Assembly (NCBI RefSeq): GCF_006345805.1
Contig: NC_043000.1
Location: forward strand, 59,706,001 to 59,770,000
Direction: 5' to 3'
Origin: Octopus sinensis
Lineage: Eukaryota
DNA: 64,000 bases
The notes beneath the pieces were generated by a model. It ran no database searches. It was not told where the DNA came from and saw only the letters and a program-made list of their open reading frames with translations. This document shows, one piece after another, positions 51,764 through 64,000 of this stretch; within the stretch, counting starts at the first letter, position 1; each line of letters opens with the position of its first letter. The position numbers and the translations under genes were made by a program.

Positions 51764-53029
51764 TATTTTATACATATGTACATACATATGTGCGTGTGTG
51801 TGTACACACTCATACATACAGTTTTTGAAAAAAATGGACAGATTGGTCACAATTGGAATGCCTTTTTAATCATTGGTCTGTTAAATCAGGACAGAGGGGT
51901 TAAATAACAACAATCACCATGTTTATTTTGTTATTTAACTGAAGGTCAGTCTGGATCCAGTAGACCTATGATCATAAGTATTCCTTTTTTTTGTGGGGGG
52001 GGGGGGCTGTGTATATAGGGCCACATTATTATGTGAACTCATTTTGAGATAGTAGTTTGTGATTTGAGAGAGTTTTCACAACCAGACTGAGAAATCCTAG
52101 CAAGGAAGGAGCTTCTATATGGTTGCACAATTTGCAAGAAATATGTACAACATGCAGCCATATCTCTAGAATGCAGCATGAAGCAACCAACATAATATCT
52201 CTTTTCTCAGAAAAATATAATATGAAATCTATAACTAGACTTGTGAATCCAGTATTGGCCTACATTATCACATGTAGATCTGTACAAATTTAATCTGGTG
52301 GACAATCATTCTGAAATATGAGAGAATTGTTGATGGCTATAAATTGTTATTGAATATTAAAGTAGTACTGTATAAAAAAAATAACATTTATATAAAAATA
52401 CAAAATGAATAAATTCTTAGATCTTTTCCTCCTGAAGTCTTCAAACTATTTTTTTTTTTTTTTATTGTTATTTTTCTATGATAAAACAGTCATCTGCTGT
52501 ATATTTATTCTCAGGCAGAATTTTTTTAACACTGCTTTAAAATAGAGTAAAGCGACAATCCTTGGGGACTGATTGAAGATCAAAGAGTACAGTTATGCCA
52601 ACTATAAAGTTAATAACTCAAAATTAGGTTATAAATGCCCTAAAGGTTGCCTATAACTTAATTGTGTGTGTATGTGTGTGTGTGTTTGTTTACACTTGTG
52701 TGTTTATCAACCTAGCAATTACAGAGCAAAAGATCTTATACAAAATCAGTCACTGACAGAGTGATTGTCAACATACAAAACATGGTAGCAAGCTTTCAGC
52801 ATAAAAAATCTATTGAGACAACTAGAACGCATTTATATGGTTGCTCAATCGTCTAGAAGAGTAGCTGGATTAGATTGGATTGCCTTTGTTCAGTTCACTG
52901 CAGGGTGAAGGCCTCAGTATGTTTTCTCGACCAAAGAATTGGCAAGAAATCGTGCTGGTTTGATGAGCCTACACTGCCATGCTGGCTTGACATGGCTTGG
53001 CAGAGGGATGCAGTTTTTTTATACTCATA

Positions 53030-53205
53030 CCCAGAAGGAGATAAATCGATTACATAGACTCCAGTGTTCAAGTGGTGCTTATTTTATTTACCCCCAAAAT
53101 ATGAAAGCAAAGTTGACCTCAGTGGAATTTGAACTTTGAGCATAAGGACGATGAAATATCATCACTAAACATTTTGTTTGGCATCCTACCATTTCTGTCA
53201 GCTTC
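53030..53205 (-). mobile_element. Meta/MESC SINE, degenerate
   Basis: gcaaagttgacctcagtggaatttgaact. Confidence 0.7.
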
Positions 53206-53774
53206 TTAAATTTCCCTAAAATTTACATCCTATCATAATCTTAAAGAAAAGGAAATGACAAATTAGGTCACATAATCCCTGATATAAGTCAAGATGGTCA
53301 TGGTTGGAAAGCTTTTCATCATAGATCTGGTCATTCAGAGCTGACAGAGGGTTAAAAAACAGCAACTGAGTTTTCAATATATATGTATATTTTTTTAGTA
53401 ATTAAAAGCAATTGTTATATTGAAGTAGTATAATGTGTCTGTGGGCAAGACAGTTAAGTCTCAAACTTGTATCAGTCATTGGACTGCAGCCATAGTGGGG
53501 TACTGCCTCAAACAAATCGATCTCAATACTAATTTTTAAAGTCTGGTACTTGTTCTATTACTCACTTTGGTCAAACCACTCATGTTACAGGGATATAACA
53601 AAACCTAGAGTTGTCTACAGAATTACAATATGAAAAGCCTACAGGGTGGACATGATGATGATGATGATGATGATGTGTGTGTGTGTATATATGCCTATTT
53701 GAAAACTTTGATAATCATAATATATGCCCATCCTTAAAATTCAAATGAATCTATCTGTACACACACACAGGGTG

Positions 53775-53808
<34 letters not shown>

Positions 53809-54975
53809 AGATCAAAGATTTACCCTAAAATTAATGGCAACAATTAGCTTGAATTAAACCTGTTATTTTCTACTCTATTTGCAGTAGTCTCACAAGATTT
53901 GCTATATTGAAATCTCTATTCATTCATAAGGAGGCAGACAAACTGAATGGACAGACAGACTGTAATGCTAAAGTGATAATACTGTCTTGTGATTTCTTTT
54001 TCTTCTTTATCACTGGTCTGTTATAAATAACTTGTTAAAGCTAAGCTGACAACAATGAGGGGACAATTGTCTGGACTTAAGGAAGGTTTTAGTCAAAAAA
54101 AACTTACAACAAATAAAATAATGACAGAGTGTGACACCCCATTCATGGGGGCAGCTAGACAGTGATACTTCTAAACAATGGGAACTTTTATTCATTTCAG
54201 TGGAGGAAGTAACAGGAATATCATTATCTTATAAGCTGAGCTAATACTTTCAAATCTTTATACAGGAGATACTTGTCTTTTTACAAGGTCAGGTCAAGCC
54301 CCCTTTTGTTGTAGGCAAACATGTCAGAAAGAAAAAAAAGACCATGTCCAGTGAATCGCATCAATGATATTTCCGGGAAGAAAATTGATGTTTCCGGTTT
54401 GCTTTAAATAGATACTCTTATTGCTAGAGGGTCATTGCCTTAAACCTGTTGTTTCTAAGTCTCATTTCAGGAGAACAAACTGAAATAATGTCTTTCCTTT
54501 TGTTCTTTATGTTCTGAAATATATTTTAATGAGTCTACCTCCCCAACCCCTCTTCTTAGTACATTTGCTTGTTATAGGTATTACAGGACCATTAAAGCAT
54601 TTGTGTATCAGACTAAATGCTATACAGAATTTAATTTCTAGATGCTTTTTAGTATTTAATATATGGTTTGTGAGTTTAAATGCAACCTGGTTTAGCTTTC
54701 CTTTTTACTCTTTCTGGCTATGAAAAAAAAAAAAAAAAGACCAATATGTATGTACTACAATGAATTTAAATGCATACACCTCCCCACTCACAAATTTGTG
54801 GGTTTGTTTGTGCCAGTATAAGAGAATTTCAAGATGTATTTGGGTTAATATAAACATATGTAATTATTAAAATTGTATTATTTTCTGTGAAATATATATT
54901 TTTTCATTTGTTGCTTATACTATTAGGAAAAGCTTTTTGATGATGCCTAGGGTCAAAGTTAAAGAATTATATATA

Positions 54976-55180
54976 TCATCATCATCATCTTCGTTTAACG
55001 TCCACTTTCTATGCTAGCATGGTTTGGATGATTTGACTGAGGACTGGCGAACCAGATGGCTGCACCAGGCTCCAATCTGATCTGGCAGAGTTTCTACAGC
55101 TGGATACCCTTCCTAACACCAACCACTCCAAGAGTGTAGTGGGTGCTTTTACGTGCCACCAGCACGAGGGCCAAATGAGG
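54976..55180 (-). mobile_element. RTE-related SINE 3' part, well preserved
   Basis: (cat)n cgtttaacgtcc...ctacagctggatacccttcctaacaccaaccactcc. Confidence 0.85.
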
Positions 55181-55747
55181 TGTCTACAATGAATTGAACA
55201 ATGCACACACACACACACACACTTTCTCGGGGTAAAAAATAACAAGAATATCTATCTTCCAAGTTGAGCTAATACTTTCAAATCTTTTTCAGGGGACAAA
55301 GTCTTCTGAGTGTATTTGGGTAAATGAAGACTGTGTAGAAGCCTTTTGATTAGACTGTACATGCAATCTGAAAGTCCACCCTTATCACATCATTCGACAC
55401 ATACTCCATTCGAGAATTGTAATTTTTCTTTTGTATATTTTTGAACCATACATGTAGGTATACATATTTATGGAATATCAACCCCTCTGTATGCTAAATC
55501 AATGAACAGGCTGTTTGGTTGATTGACAAACTGAACACTGAAACCTCAATGAGAGTCCATCACACACAGACATACAGAGGCACAGGTATGGTTGTGTGGT
55601 TAATAAATTTGCATTGTGGCCATGTGGTTTTGGATTCAATCGCACAGGACTTCAATAAAGTCTCTTATATTATAACCCAGGTTTATACTATGTCCTCATG
55701 TAAAACTGAAGGATGGGAACTGTGTGGAAGTTCATTGTATGCACATA

Positions 55748-55814
<67 letters not shown>

Positions 55815-55820
55815 TATATA

Positions 55821-56235
55821 TAGTTAATCCAAACAGGAAAACACAAAGAGAAAACACAACAATGCGAGGATGTGGAACAAGTATAGTGTTATTGGATGCT
55901 CAGGAAGGAAAGAAAGAATGTAGTTCATAGATGAGATCCAGATATTCTCTGTAAAGAATACACTTAGTAGCGCTCAAGAAATTTAAACTTGAGTTGGCAT
56001 AGAAGTAAATGCTGAGAAAGCAAGTTAGACAGATCAATATATAAAGTATATTAATGAGGAATAGTATTACAAGTCCTTTAATTCTCTATATCATTTGTAT
56101 TCTGTGTAAGTTGGACCTTTTTATATGTATACATATATACAGTTTTTGTATTTCATTATGAAATCTGTTATCAGGATGTTACCTATTTTTGGGAAGAAGT
56201 TGTTTTCTAGCGTGTGAGTACTCTTGTTTAACCTT
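55821..56235. mobile_element. Penelope-like fragment between two (TA)n tracts
   Basis: Insert flanked by long (TA)n, same context as the other relics; family call from recall only. Confidence 0.45.
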
Positions 56236-57109
56236 TTATATATATATATATATATATATACTAATTAAAAATAGGGAAGGCCAGTTTACGGGATCACCTT
56301 AGGTTTCCTGCCCATAAAGGGTTTAGCTTTATGGTATATCATCAGATCCCCAAAACCTATTGGCCCATGACCTCTTAAACTTTCCTTTACTTCTTTTTTT
56401 TTTTGATCTTAGTGTAAAGAAAATGCTTCAGCACTTATTTTACAGGCTGAGTGCCTTTCAGGTATGAAATAAGAGTAGGACTAATTTGATGTAAGTAATA
56501 TGATTTTAACAATGAATACACCACAAGGATGGTGCCTGAGATTAAGATTTTATACACCAGTAGTCCAGCAACATAGTCACTGGGCCATGAAAAGCTTATT
56601 TTTATTTAACATACTGTTCATATCAACAGACCACCATGTAGGACAACTCCTTCCCTCTCTCACTAGAGAGAGAGAGAGTAAGTTTATTTATATATTTAAA
56701 GGTTGTATAATTTTAATTATATTCTGTATATTTTTTACTTTTAGATTTTTATTGTAGACTATTTTTAAGACTACCATGGTTTATGTAATATATTAATATA
56801 AAATAATTCTTTTGGATATTTGGATTTTTTTCATATTTGTTTAGATTTATTTTCGTAGTAATCAATATCAGGAAACTTTACTGCTGTTGCTGCCAGGATT
56901 TCATGTGGTGCAGTGGTAGAAATGTTAGAGCTTTGAATTGAATGGTCTACACTGTTTTGGTTTGTCTTTTACATCTGAATTCTAATATAATGGGGTTAAC
57001 TTGACTGTTCAACTATCTAGAGAAGTTGAAGTTAAAATAAATATCAGGAATTTACTGGATTGCCTCTATCACACAGACATCCACCATAGAAATCCACGGC
57101 CTCATAATA

Positions 57110-57295
57110 ATAATCCCTTTTACTATAAGTTCAAAGCCTGAAACTTTTTGGGGTGGGGGAGCTAGTTGATTTTATCACCCCCAGTGTGCAAACTGATTCC
57201 AAAAAGGATGAAAGGCAAAGCCAACCTTGGTGGAATTTGAACCCAGAGCATAAAGATGGATGAAATACCACTAAGCATTTTGCTTGGTATGTTGT
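57110..57295 (-). mobile_element. Meta/MESC SINE
   Basis: aaggatgaaaggcaaagccaaccttggtggaatttgaacccag. Confidence 0.8.
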
Positions 57296-58099
57296 TGCTG
57301 TTGTTAATAATAATAATAATAATAATAATAAAAATCCCCCCAAAATTTGTTGACATTGAAACAACAGTGAGAAACCAATCCTATTGAATTTCATGTAAAT
57401 TTAACTATTTCAATGTATTTCTTTCATTTAGACAATCAAGGGTAAAAAATTATCTTAAAATACAAACTACTGAATTTTCCAGTGATGAATGTATCTATCT
57501 TATTTTTTAAAGTAAAAACTTGTTCTTTCACTAACAATAACACCCAGAACATTCTATAACTTAAAATCAAATAATATTTCTTTCCGACAGACAGTAGCCA
57601 CCACTTAGTAAATACAATATCAACAAAAGGCATTTATCCAGCGAAACCACACTCCAGTCCATTAGTACAAATAGTGCCTTTGTTGTCATTATTTGGAAAA
57701 GTAAACACTTACTCCACCCATAGGTATAAAGAGCAATTCCAGATTTAATGGTTTTAACTTTGACACAAGAGTGCTTTTTCTCAAAGACCAAAATAGTGTA
57801 ACGCCTATCATATCTTATATAAAAGAATTACTGGGTAGCCGTATGATCAGGTGTATCAAGATATTGCTCTTATTTTTTTCATTTGTTTTATTATTTTCAT
57901 TTATTTAAAGCCACCTGTAAATATTGACAAAGATATTTCATATTCTGCCAATTTTTAAATTGCAGACACACTTTCAAAGTAGTTTTGCAGGAGAGACTTT
58001 CTACAAAATAGAGGTGTGTGTGTGTGTATATACATGTCTGCATGTGTGTGTATGTGCATGTGTATGCGCACACACACACACACACATGCCCAGATAATG

Positions 58100-58810
58100 T
58101 GATGAGCTTCTTGTATACAGTGCTCAGTGCACTTCTACTTGTCAGAAAAAGTTAAAAGAGCAGAGTGTAGATATATAAGTAAAGAATGACAGCAACAAAA
58201 GTTAGAAGTATAGGGTATAGCACACCGAATAAAGCAAAAACAGAGAAAAAGTGAATATTAAAAATTATAAAGAATAAGGGTATATAGGTAGAATTTCTGG
58301 AACCAGTGCCCTGTCAGTTAAAAATGAATCCGGGCAGTTTATTCCATGCTTCAACAATTATGACCATAAAAATATGTTGCAGAAAGTCATGGGTGCTGTG
58401 CCTTTTTTTTTTTTTTTTTTTAATTTTATAAGCATGTCCATGGCTGATAAAGATACTGAATTCAATAAACTGGCCAAAGTTACTGATGGAAAGTTGGTGC
58501 TTACCAAGTCAAGTGCTAGATGTCAGAATTTTTGTGTCAATGCCCAGAAAACCAATATGTTCAAGTTATGGTAAGTGACTGACTGAGGATTTTTGCCTGG
58601 TTGCACATCTCTGGATAGCTTCCAGCAGATCAATATTCTGGACAAGATGGGGATTTCCAGACAGGAAATGCAAACAACAGGTGTGGTTGTACCATAGCCT
58701 ATATAACTTTGAATAGATAGTTTGGTGAGTGGCTGATAAAGATCATACAGAATGATGTCAAGACAACCTCTTAGTTTTCTGTGTTTGAAGAGAATAAATG
58801 TACTCACATC
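58100..58810 (-). mobile_element. Older CR1-like LINE 3' fragment
   Basis: tgtatacagtgctcagtgcac, ttccatgcttcaac and aaagtcatgggtgctgtg are collinear with 32770-33130. Confidence 0.6.
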
Positions 58811-59184
58811 TGTTTAAATTCCCACAGCAAAATGTTTAAAAGCTGTAGTCTAACTACAAATTTATCTTAAATTTTCAAATACATACTGTGTTGTGCATCA
58901 ATATTTACTATTCAATTATGCTTCTGACAAACACACAGTATGAATATTTAGGCAACTTTTAGTTTACATTTGATTTAAATATTTTTGTGAAGAGAGGAAT
59001 GAGGTAGGTACTTGTTCTCCAATGAGTGTTCAGCTAACAGCGAAACATGCCAGGATAATCTCTTTTATTTTCCAATACAGGAAGATAATAAGAAGAGGTA
59101 GTTAAGTTTATTTACAATTCAGCAGCAAAAAGGTTTAAAAACTGTAGATAAACTATTTTAAATTCTATCTTCAGTTTTCTAGCA

Positions 59185-59403
59185 TATACTGCATCCTTCA
59201 AAACTTCCATGCTTCCCGAGATTCGCCAAAACTACACCTGATTTTCTCCCCTCCATGCACACGCAAGCATGTATCTGACTCATACACTGTTCCCTTTCCA
59301 GACATTTGTACATTACTGCATATTCTTTATATGCACTTTTGACAAGTTGTGGTGCACCTGAGCACTGTATACAATAATTTCATTATTATTATTATTATTA
59401 TTA
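59185..59403 (+). mobile_element. CR1-clade LINE 3' end with (ATT)n tail
   Basis: Reverse complement of 32770-32962. Confidence 0.85.
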
Positions 59404-60797
59404 TACTGTGTATATATATATATATATCTAATTTATACATGTAGGCTTGAATTTTAAGCAAAATCAAAAATGTGGGAGTAAAAAGGTTATTATGAGAGAA
59501 TAAAAAATATGAATATCTAGTAGGTCTCAATATAAGTATTGCACTAATCCCCACAAATATCTAAAAGCTGGAACATACTGGATGGGATAGCATAAGAAAA
59601 TATGAATAATAAACCACTGAGCAAAATTAGCTGCTATTTGACAGGGTATTTGCAAAATCCCTTTCTGTGAAGGCATGATGCTAAGAGATAAAAGCAGGTG
59701 GTTAGAATCATCTTTGATGGTTTTTGTTCAACTGTCTTGGTACCCAAAGTTAAGTAAACTATGGGATTTATATTAAAAGAGAATAAAACTAGAACAAGTA
59801 GAATCTTCATAGAATAGTTATATGCTACCAAAGCAATGGGGAAATGACAACCAGCTGTCAAACAATAAAAAGGAAAAAATAACTTCAGAAATTCAGTGCT
59901 GCAATTAATTCTAATAGCTTTTAAGATGAAGTCAGAGTAGGTAATTGAGAAGAAAAAAAATAAATAAAAATTCATGTTAATGAGATTAGTAAGAAACTGT
60001 CATGCCAACAAATAGGTTGGTTGATAAGTTAGAAAGAGACAATAAAAGATAAAAAAAAAACTATAAAAATAAAGCAACAGAAAATATTGAAAAAAGGGAA
60101 AAAAGAACAAAAAAGAGGCAATATAACTTATTTTTCAAGAAATATATTTAGGCCAATGTCACTTTAAAATCTAAGTGTTGCTCTTTTGATGTAAAAGCTG
60201 GTCTAACATGAAAAAAACAAGCAAAAAATCAGTCCAGGACCCTTATCTCACAAAAGTAGCTACAATTGAATACATTAAATCTGAAAGAACTCACTTGTGA
60301 ATAAATAAAAGCACATAATAGTTACTCTTAAATTTTTACTTTGTTCCCACAAAACAAAATACAAGAAAATTGTTCTTTATTAATTAAATTTCAGCTAAGA
60401 AATATAGCTCTCAGATCAATTTTTTAATTGTTGTTTACTAAATATTTACCCATTTTATTGTAGCAAAGCTAAGATTTTGCAACATGCTATACCATATTGC
60501 TTTGGTTTCAACCAAAACAAACTCTATACTTTTGTTCAGCCTGCTAGAAATAACAGCTAGATCTACATCGACTAATACCCAACTTTTTAATAAAGAAGAG
60601 GATGCAATGAACCAATGTAGTAGTTATAGAAAATAATAACAGTGATGTATTCTAGCCAAATTAGTAAGCTTTCAAGTATAGCTGGAAATTTTAAACCTTG
60701 TTATACAATAAAAAACACAATTCAAAGATCTTAGCTGAATGCACAACTAAACATTGGATCATTAGTTTCCAAGGATAAATACACACACACACTATTA

Positions 60798-61355
60798 TTG
60801 AGAGAGAGAGCAGTGGATGCCATCAAAGTGACACTGGGATACAAATATACAAAGCCCAGTATACCCATCATGACTTCCCATCTGATAAGAGTACACCAGG
60901 CACATGCATCACAACCATATGTGCATGACATGGTGATCTCATATCAAGATAAACAGTGCATGACCTTGCAGGTGGGGCCCAGTTAGAATTTTCTTCGGGT
61001 TGAGTTGCTCATCCTGCTCAAAAGGTCCCTGAAAAAGGGTTGTTTAGGGATGTTGAAAGAAACACCCATGTTTCCAAAGATGATTTATCCAAACCTCAAA
61101 GAATTCCTCTCAACACATGGCTATGATGCTCACCCACTACTTCTGCTCATGATCTGAGATGCACATATCATCAGCCACTATGGGACATGTTCAACTGGTT
61201 ATGGTCAAACAACTGACAAGCAAAGCTGTGGTATTGAGCAGAATATTTGCTGTAACCCATCTTTCATATCAAGACAAAACAATGAACATAATAACACTTC
61301 CAACCAGTTAAGATCAGAAGCCATGAGAGCCACTGTCTGGTACTGCATCAGGGTA
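60798..61355 (-). mobile_element. Interspersed retroposon (unclassified), probable (TAA)n tail
   Basis: The first ~230 bp are repeated at 61620-61850; flanked by (TAT)n. Confidence 0.65.
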
Positions 61356-61392
61356 TTTATTATTATTATTATTATTATCATTATTATTATTA

Positions 61393-61610
61393 AGGTTGCA
61401 AGCTGGCAAAATAATTAGCATGCTGGGCAAAATGCCTAGCGGTATTTCACCTATCTTTGTGTTCTGAGTCCAAATTCTGCTGAGTTCAACTTTGCCTTTC
61501 ATCCTTTCAGAGTCAATAAATTAAGTACTGGTGAAGTACTGCAGTTGATGTGATCAACTTATCCCCTCTCCACAAATTTCAGGCATTGTGCTTATTGTAG
61601 AAAAGATTAT
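61393..61610 (+). mobile_element. Meta/MESC SINE between (ATT)n tracts
   Basis: aactttgcctttcatcctttcagagtcaataaattaagtac. Confidence 0.85.
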
Positions 61611-62109
61611 TATTATTACTGAGTGAGAGAGCAGTGCATGCCATCGAAGTGATACTGGACTACAAATATACGAAGCCCAATATACCCATCATGACTACCC
61701 ATCTGATAAGGGTACACTAGGCACATGCATCACAACCATAAGTGTGCAACATGGTGATCTCATATCAAGATAAACAGTGCACGACCTTGCAGATGGGGCC
61801 CAGTTAGAATTTCCAAGTTTAATAGCCCATCCTGCTCAAAAGGTCCCTTATTATTATTATTAGTTCATTCATTATTGATGATGACCAAGACATTACACAG
61901 GAAAAGATAGGGTATAGTGTGTCTGGCTGTGGCTGATCAGACCAATGAGTGCTTGGAGGGTTCTGCTGCAGATCGGGCTCTGGTAGTCTGCTGGGACTGA
62001 AGCAAGGAATTGGCTCTAGTACACTTTAAAAAGTCACAAACAGAATACAGATAGCAGGATATTTTGCATACATAATAAATTCTGCCATCAGTTTATATAA
62101 AGTAACTTG

Positions 62110-62158
<49 letters not shown>

Positions 62159-62214
62159 CATGCACATGTGTGCTATGCACAGCAGAGTAAATTAGAATTA
62201 CTGAAAAAAATTTA

Positions 62215-63345
62215 GGTATTACACAGCTGCAGGCAATGTACTATTGAGTTCTTCAGGAAGGAGTACTGGCTGTCTGACATTCACAGAAGGATACAGGTTG
62301 TTTATGGAGATGACACTATTATCATGAGCAATGTGCATAGATGGATGAAGTTTAAAGAAAGGAAAAGCAGCATTGAAGACAAATCATGAAGTAGGAGTGC
62401 ATCAATTGTGACTGTTTATATGAATCACCAGCAAGGGAACAAATTGATTTGCACAGGCAGATAAGACACAACCCAGAGCTGGTTGATCAACTAGATTGTC
62501 GTCACAAAGCATTACAGATGATGGAAGACTTTGGAGTATCAGAAAGTATGTGCAAAGTGGATAGCTTGGCAGTTGACACCTGATTTGAAAGAGATAGAGA
62601 GACGTTCACTCCAATCTGCTGGAAACATTTGAAGCCAATGAAGACCCCCTTTATTTTTTCAACCTGATCAAATGACAGGGAACAAAACAAAACAGGTATA
62701 TCTTTATGACCAAGAAATGAAGGCTCAGGCCATAGAATGATGTCATACCTCTTATGCAAGGCCTAAGAAGTTCAAGAACACAGAAAGTAATGGTGACTGT
62801 TTCTGGAGATGATAAGAGCATCCTTCTCTTTGATTTTTCTGGAATGTGGCTGTATCATGAACAGCCAGAAATACACTGAGATATTCAAAAAGCTTAGAAA
62901 AACCAGGAAGAAGGAGAAACTGAATAAGAATCTGAAAACGATCTACATTCACCATACAATGTGCAACCACACACATCTTTAGCAATAAATCAGGCACTCT
63001 GCAAACTATGATGGTCAGTGATACCCTGTTCACTACACAACTCAGATCTGGCACTGTCTGATTTTCACCTGTTCAGTCCAATGAAGGACAGTCTTCATGG
63101 ACTATGATTTCATGACACAGATGAAATGAAAGCAGCTGTGAAGAAGTAGGTACAACAGTGCATACCTGAATCTTTTCAAAGTGAATTTCAGATAGGGGTT
63201 CAGTGATGGCACAAATGCATCACTTGTAACCGAGACTATGTTGAGAAGTCTCTTTGTATAAGGGATTAGGTATTCCACCAACATACATGCTATGTATGAC
63301 ATGCCAGTTCATAAAAAAGTGAAGCCTACTTATGCATTACTTTCG
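62215..63345 (+). pseudogene. Second mariner transposase pseudogene (different subfamily from the 9744 element)
   Basis: SDIHRRIQVVYGD..SNVHRW; SDLALSDFHLFSPMKDSL (YSPDLAPSD motif); WHKCITCNRDYVEK. Confidence 0.85.
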
Positions 63346-63410
63346 GTGTGTGTGTGTGTGCATAGAATGTGTGCATGCATGCATGCAAGTGTGTGTTTAT
63401 ACATACACAC

Positions 63411-64000
63411 ACAGAGTGAATAAACTGCCATCTAAATTACACAAAAATGAAAATAATACTGACATCTCATTTTAACGGATACATTTACCTAAATTACATA
63501 ACAATATCTTGAAATACTAAAGAGTAAATTTATTCAATAAAATCACCATTGACTTCAACCACGGCCACCAAACAATTTCAAACTCTCCTGCAACTCTTTG
63601 GGATGATCTCCTTGCTTAAGTTGGTGCATGCTGCTATAGTCCTTGCCTTTGGTGTTACAAGGAATTTTGTTGGTCTCTCGCTTAACCATGCCCCACACAT
63701 AATAACCAAGGGGATTACAGCCTGGGGTGTTAGGTGGTCAGATGTTAGGGGTGATGTGGTCACAGAAATTGTCTGACAGCCATGACTGGGTTCTCCTGCT
63801 TGTGTGACATGGTGCAAAGTCCTATTGCCAGACACAGGGTCTTCCAGCAGCCACCCTCTTCACCCAAGGCAGCACTACCTCCTCCAGGCACTTGATGTAG
63901 GCCTCCATATTGAGTCTGAGGCCATGTGAGAAGATGAATGGGGGCATAACATTGCCATCACTAGTGATCACTTCAAACACCATGATGTTGACTGGATGTT
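63411..64000 (-). mobile_element. Tc1/mariner DD37D (maT-like) transposon 3' part, defective, runs off the window
   Basis: Minus frame IMVFEVITSDGNVMPPFIF...WQ*DFAPCH...PPNTPGCNPLGYYVW with 37 residues between D and the third catalytic position (mutated to G); ends AVVEVNGDFIE*. Confidence 0.88.

Noticed and set aside
58565-58576. Plus-strand ATG/gtaagt donor
   Set aside because: Falls inside a minus-strand CR1-like relic

Overview
AT-rich, CpG-depleted, microsatellite-dense animal genomic DNA. The repeat inventory matches what I recall of coleoid cephalopods, most likely Octopus: CORE-type and Meta/MESC-type tRNA SINEs, a tRNA-headed SINE, and Penelope-like relics sitting in (TA)n. The organism call is from memory, not from a search. 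There is no intact protein-coding gene; almost all track ORFs are microsatellite or repeat artefacts. The window is mostly a transposon graveyard: two mariner relics (one with a nested piggyBac-like element), a DD37D/maT relic, Helitron and Harbinger fragments, Tx1/L1, CR1, RTE and R4-like LINE pieces, MITEs and many SINEs, several with clean target-site duplications. Short unique, CpG-retaining islands carry minus-strand splice signals (about 15.3, 25.1, 37.0, 40.7, 41.5 and 57.7 kb). This suggests the 5' intronic region of a large unidentified minus-strand gene with alternative first exons. The most notable structural signals are Penelope-type minimal hammerhead-ribozyme relics in a ~240-bp inverted repeat (50.2 kb), an interlocked A-B-A'-B' perfect inverted-repeat cassette (32.6 kb) and closely spaced inverted SINE pairs. 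I found no clearly new biological system.
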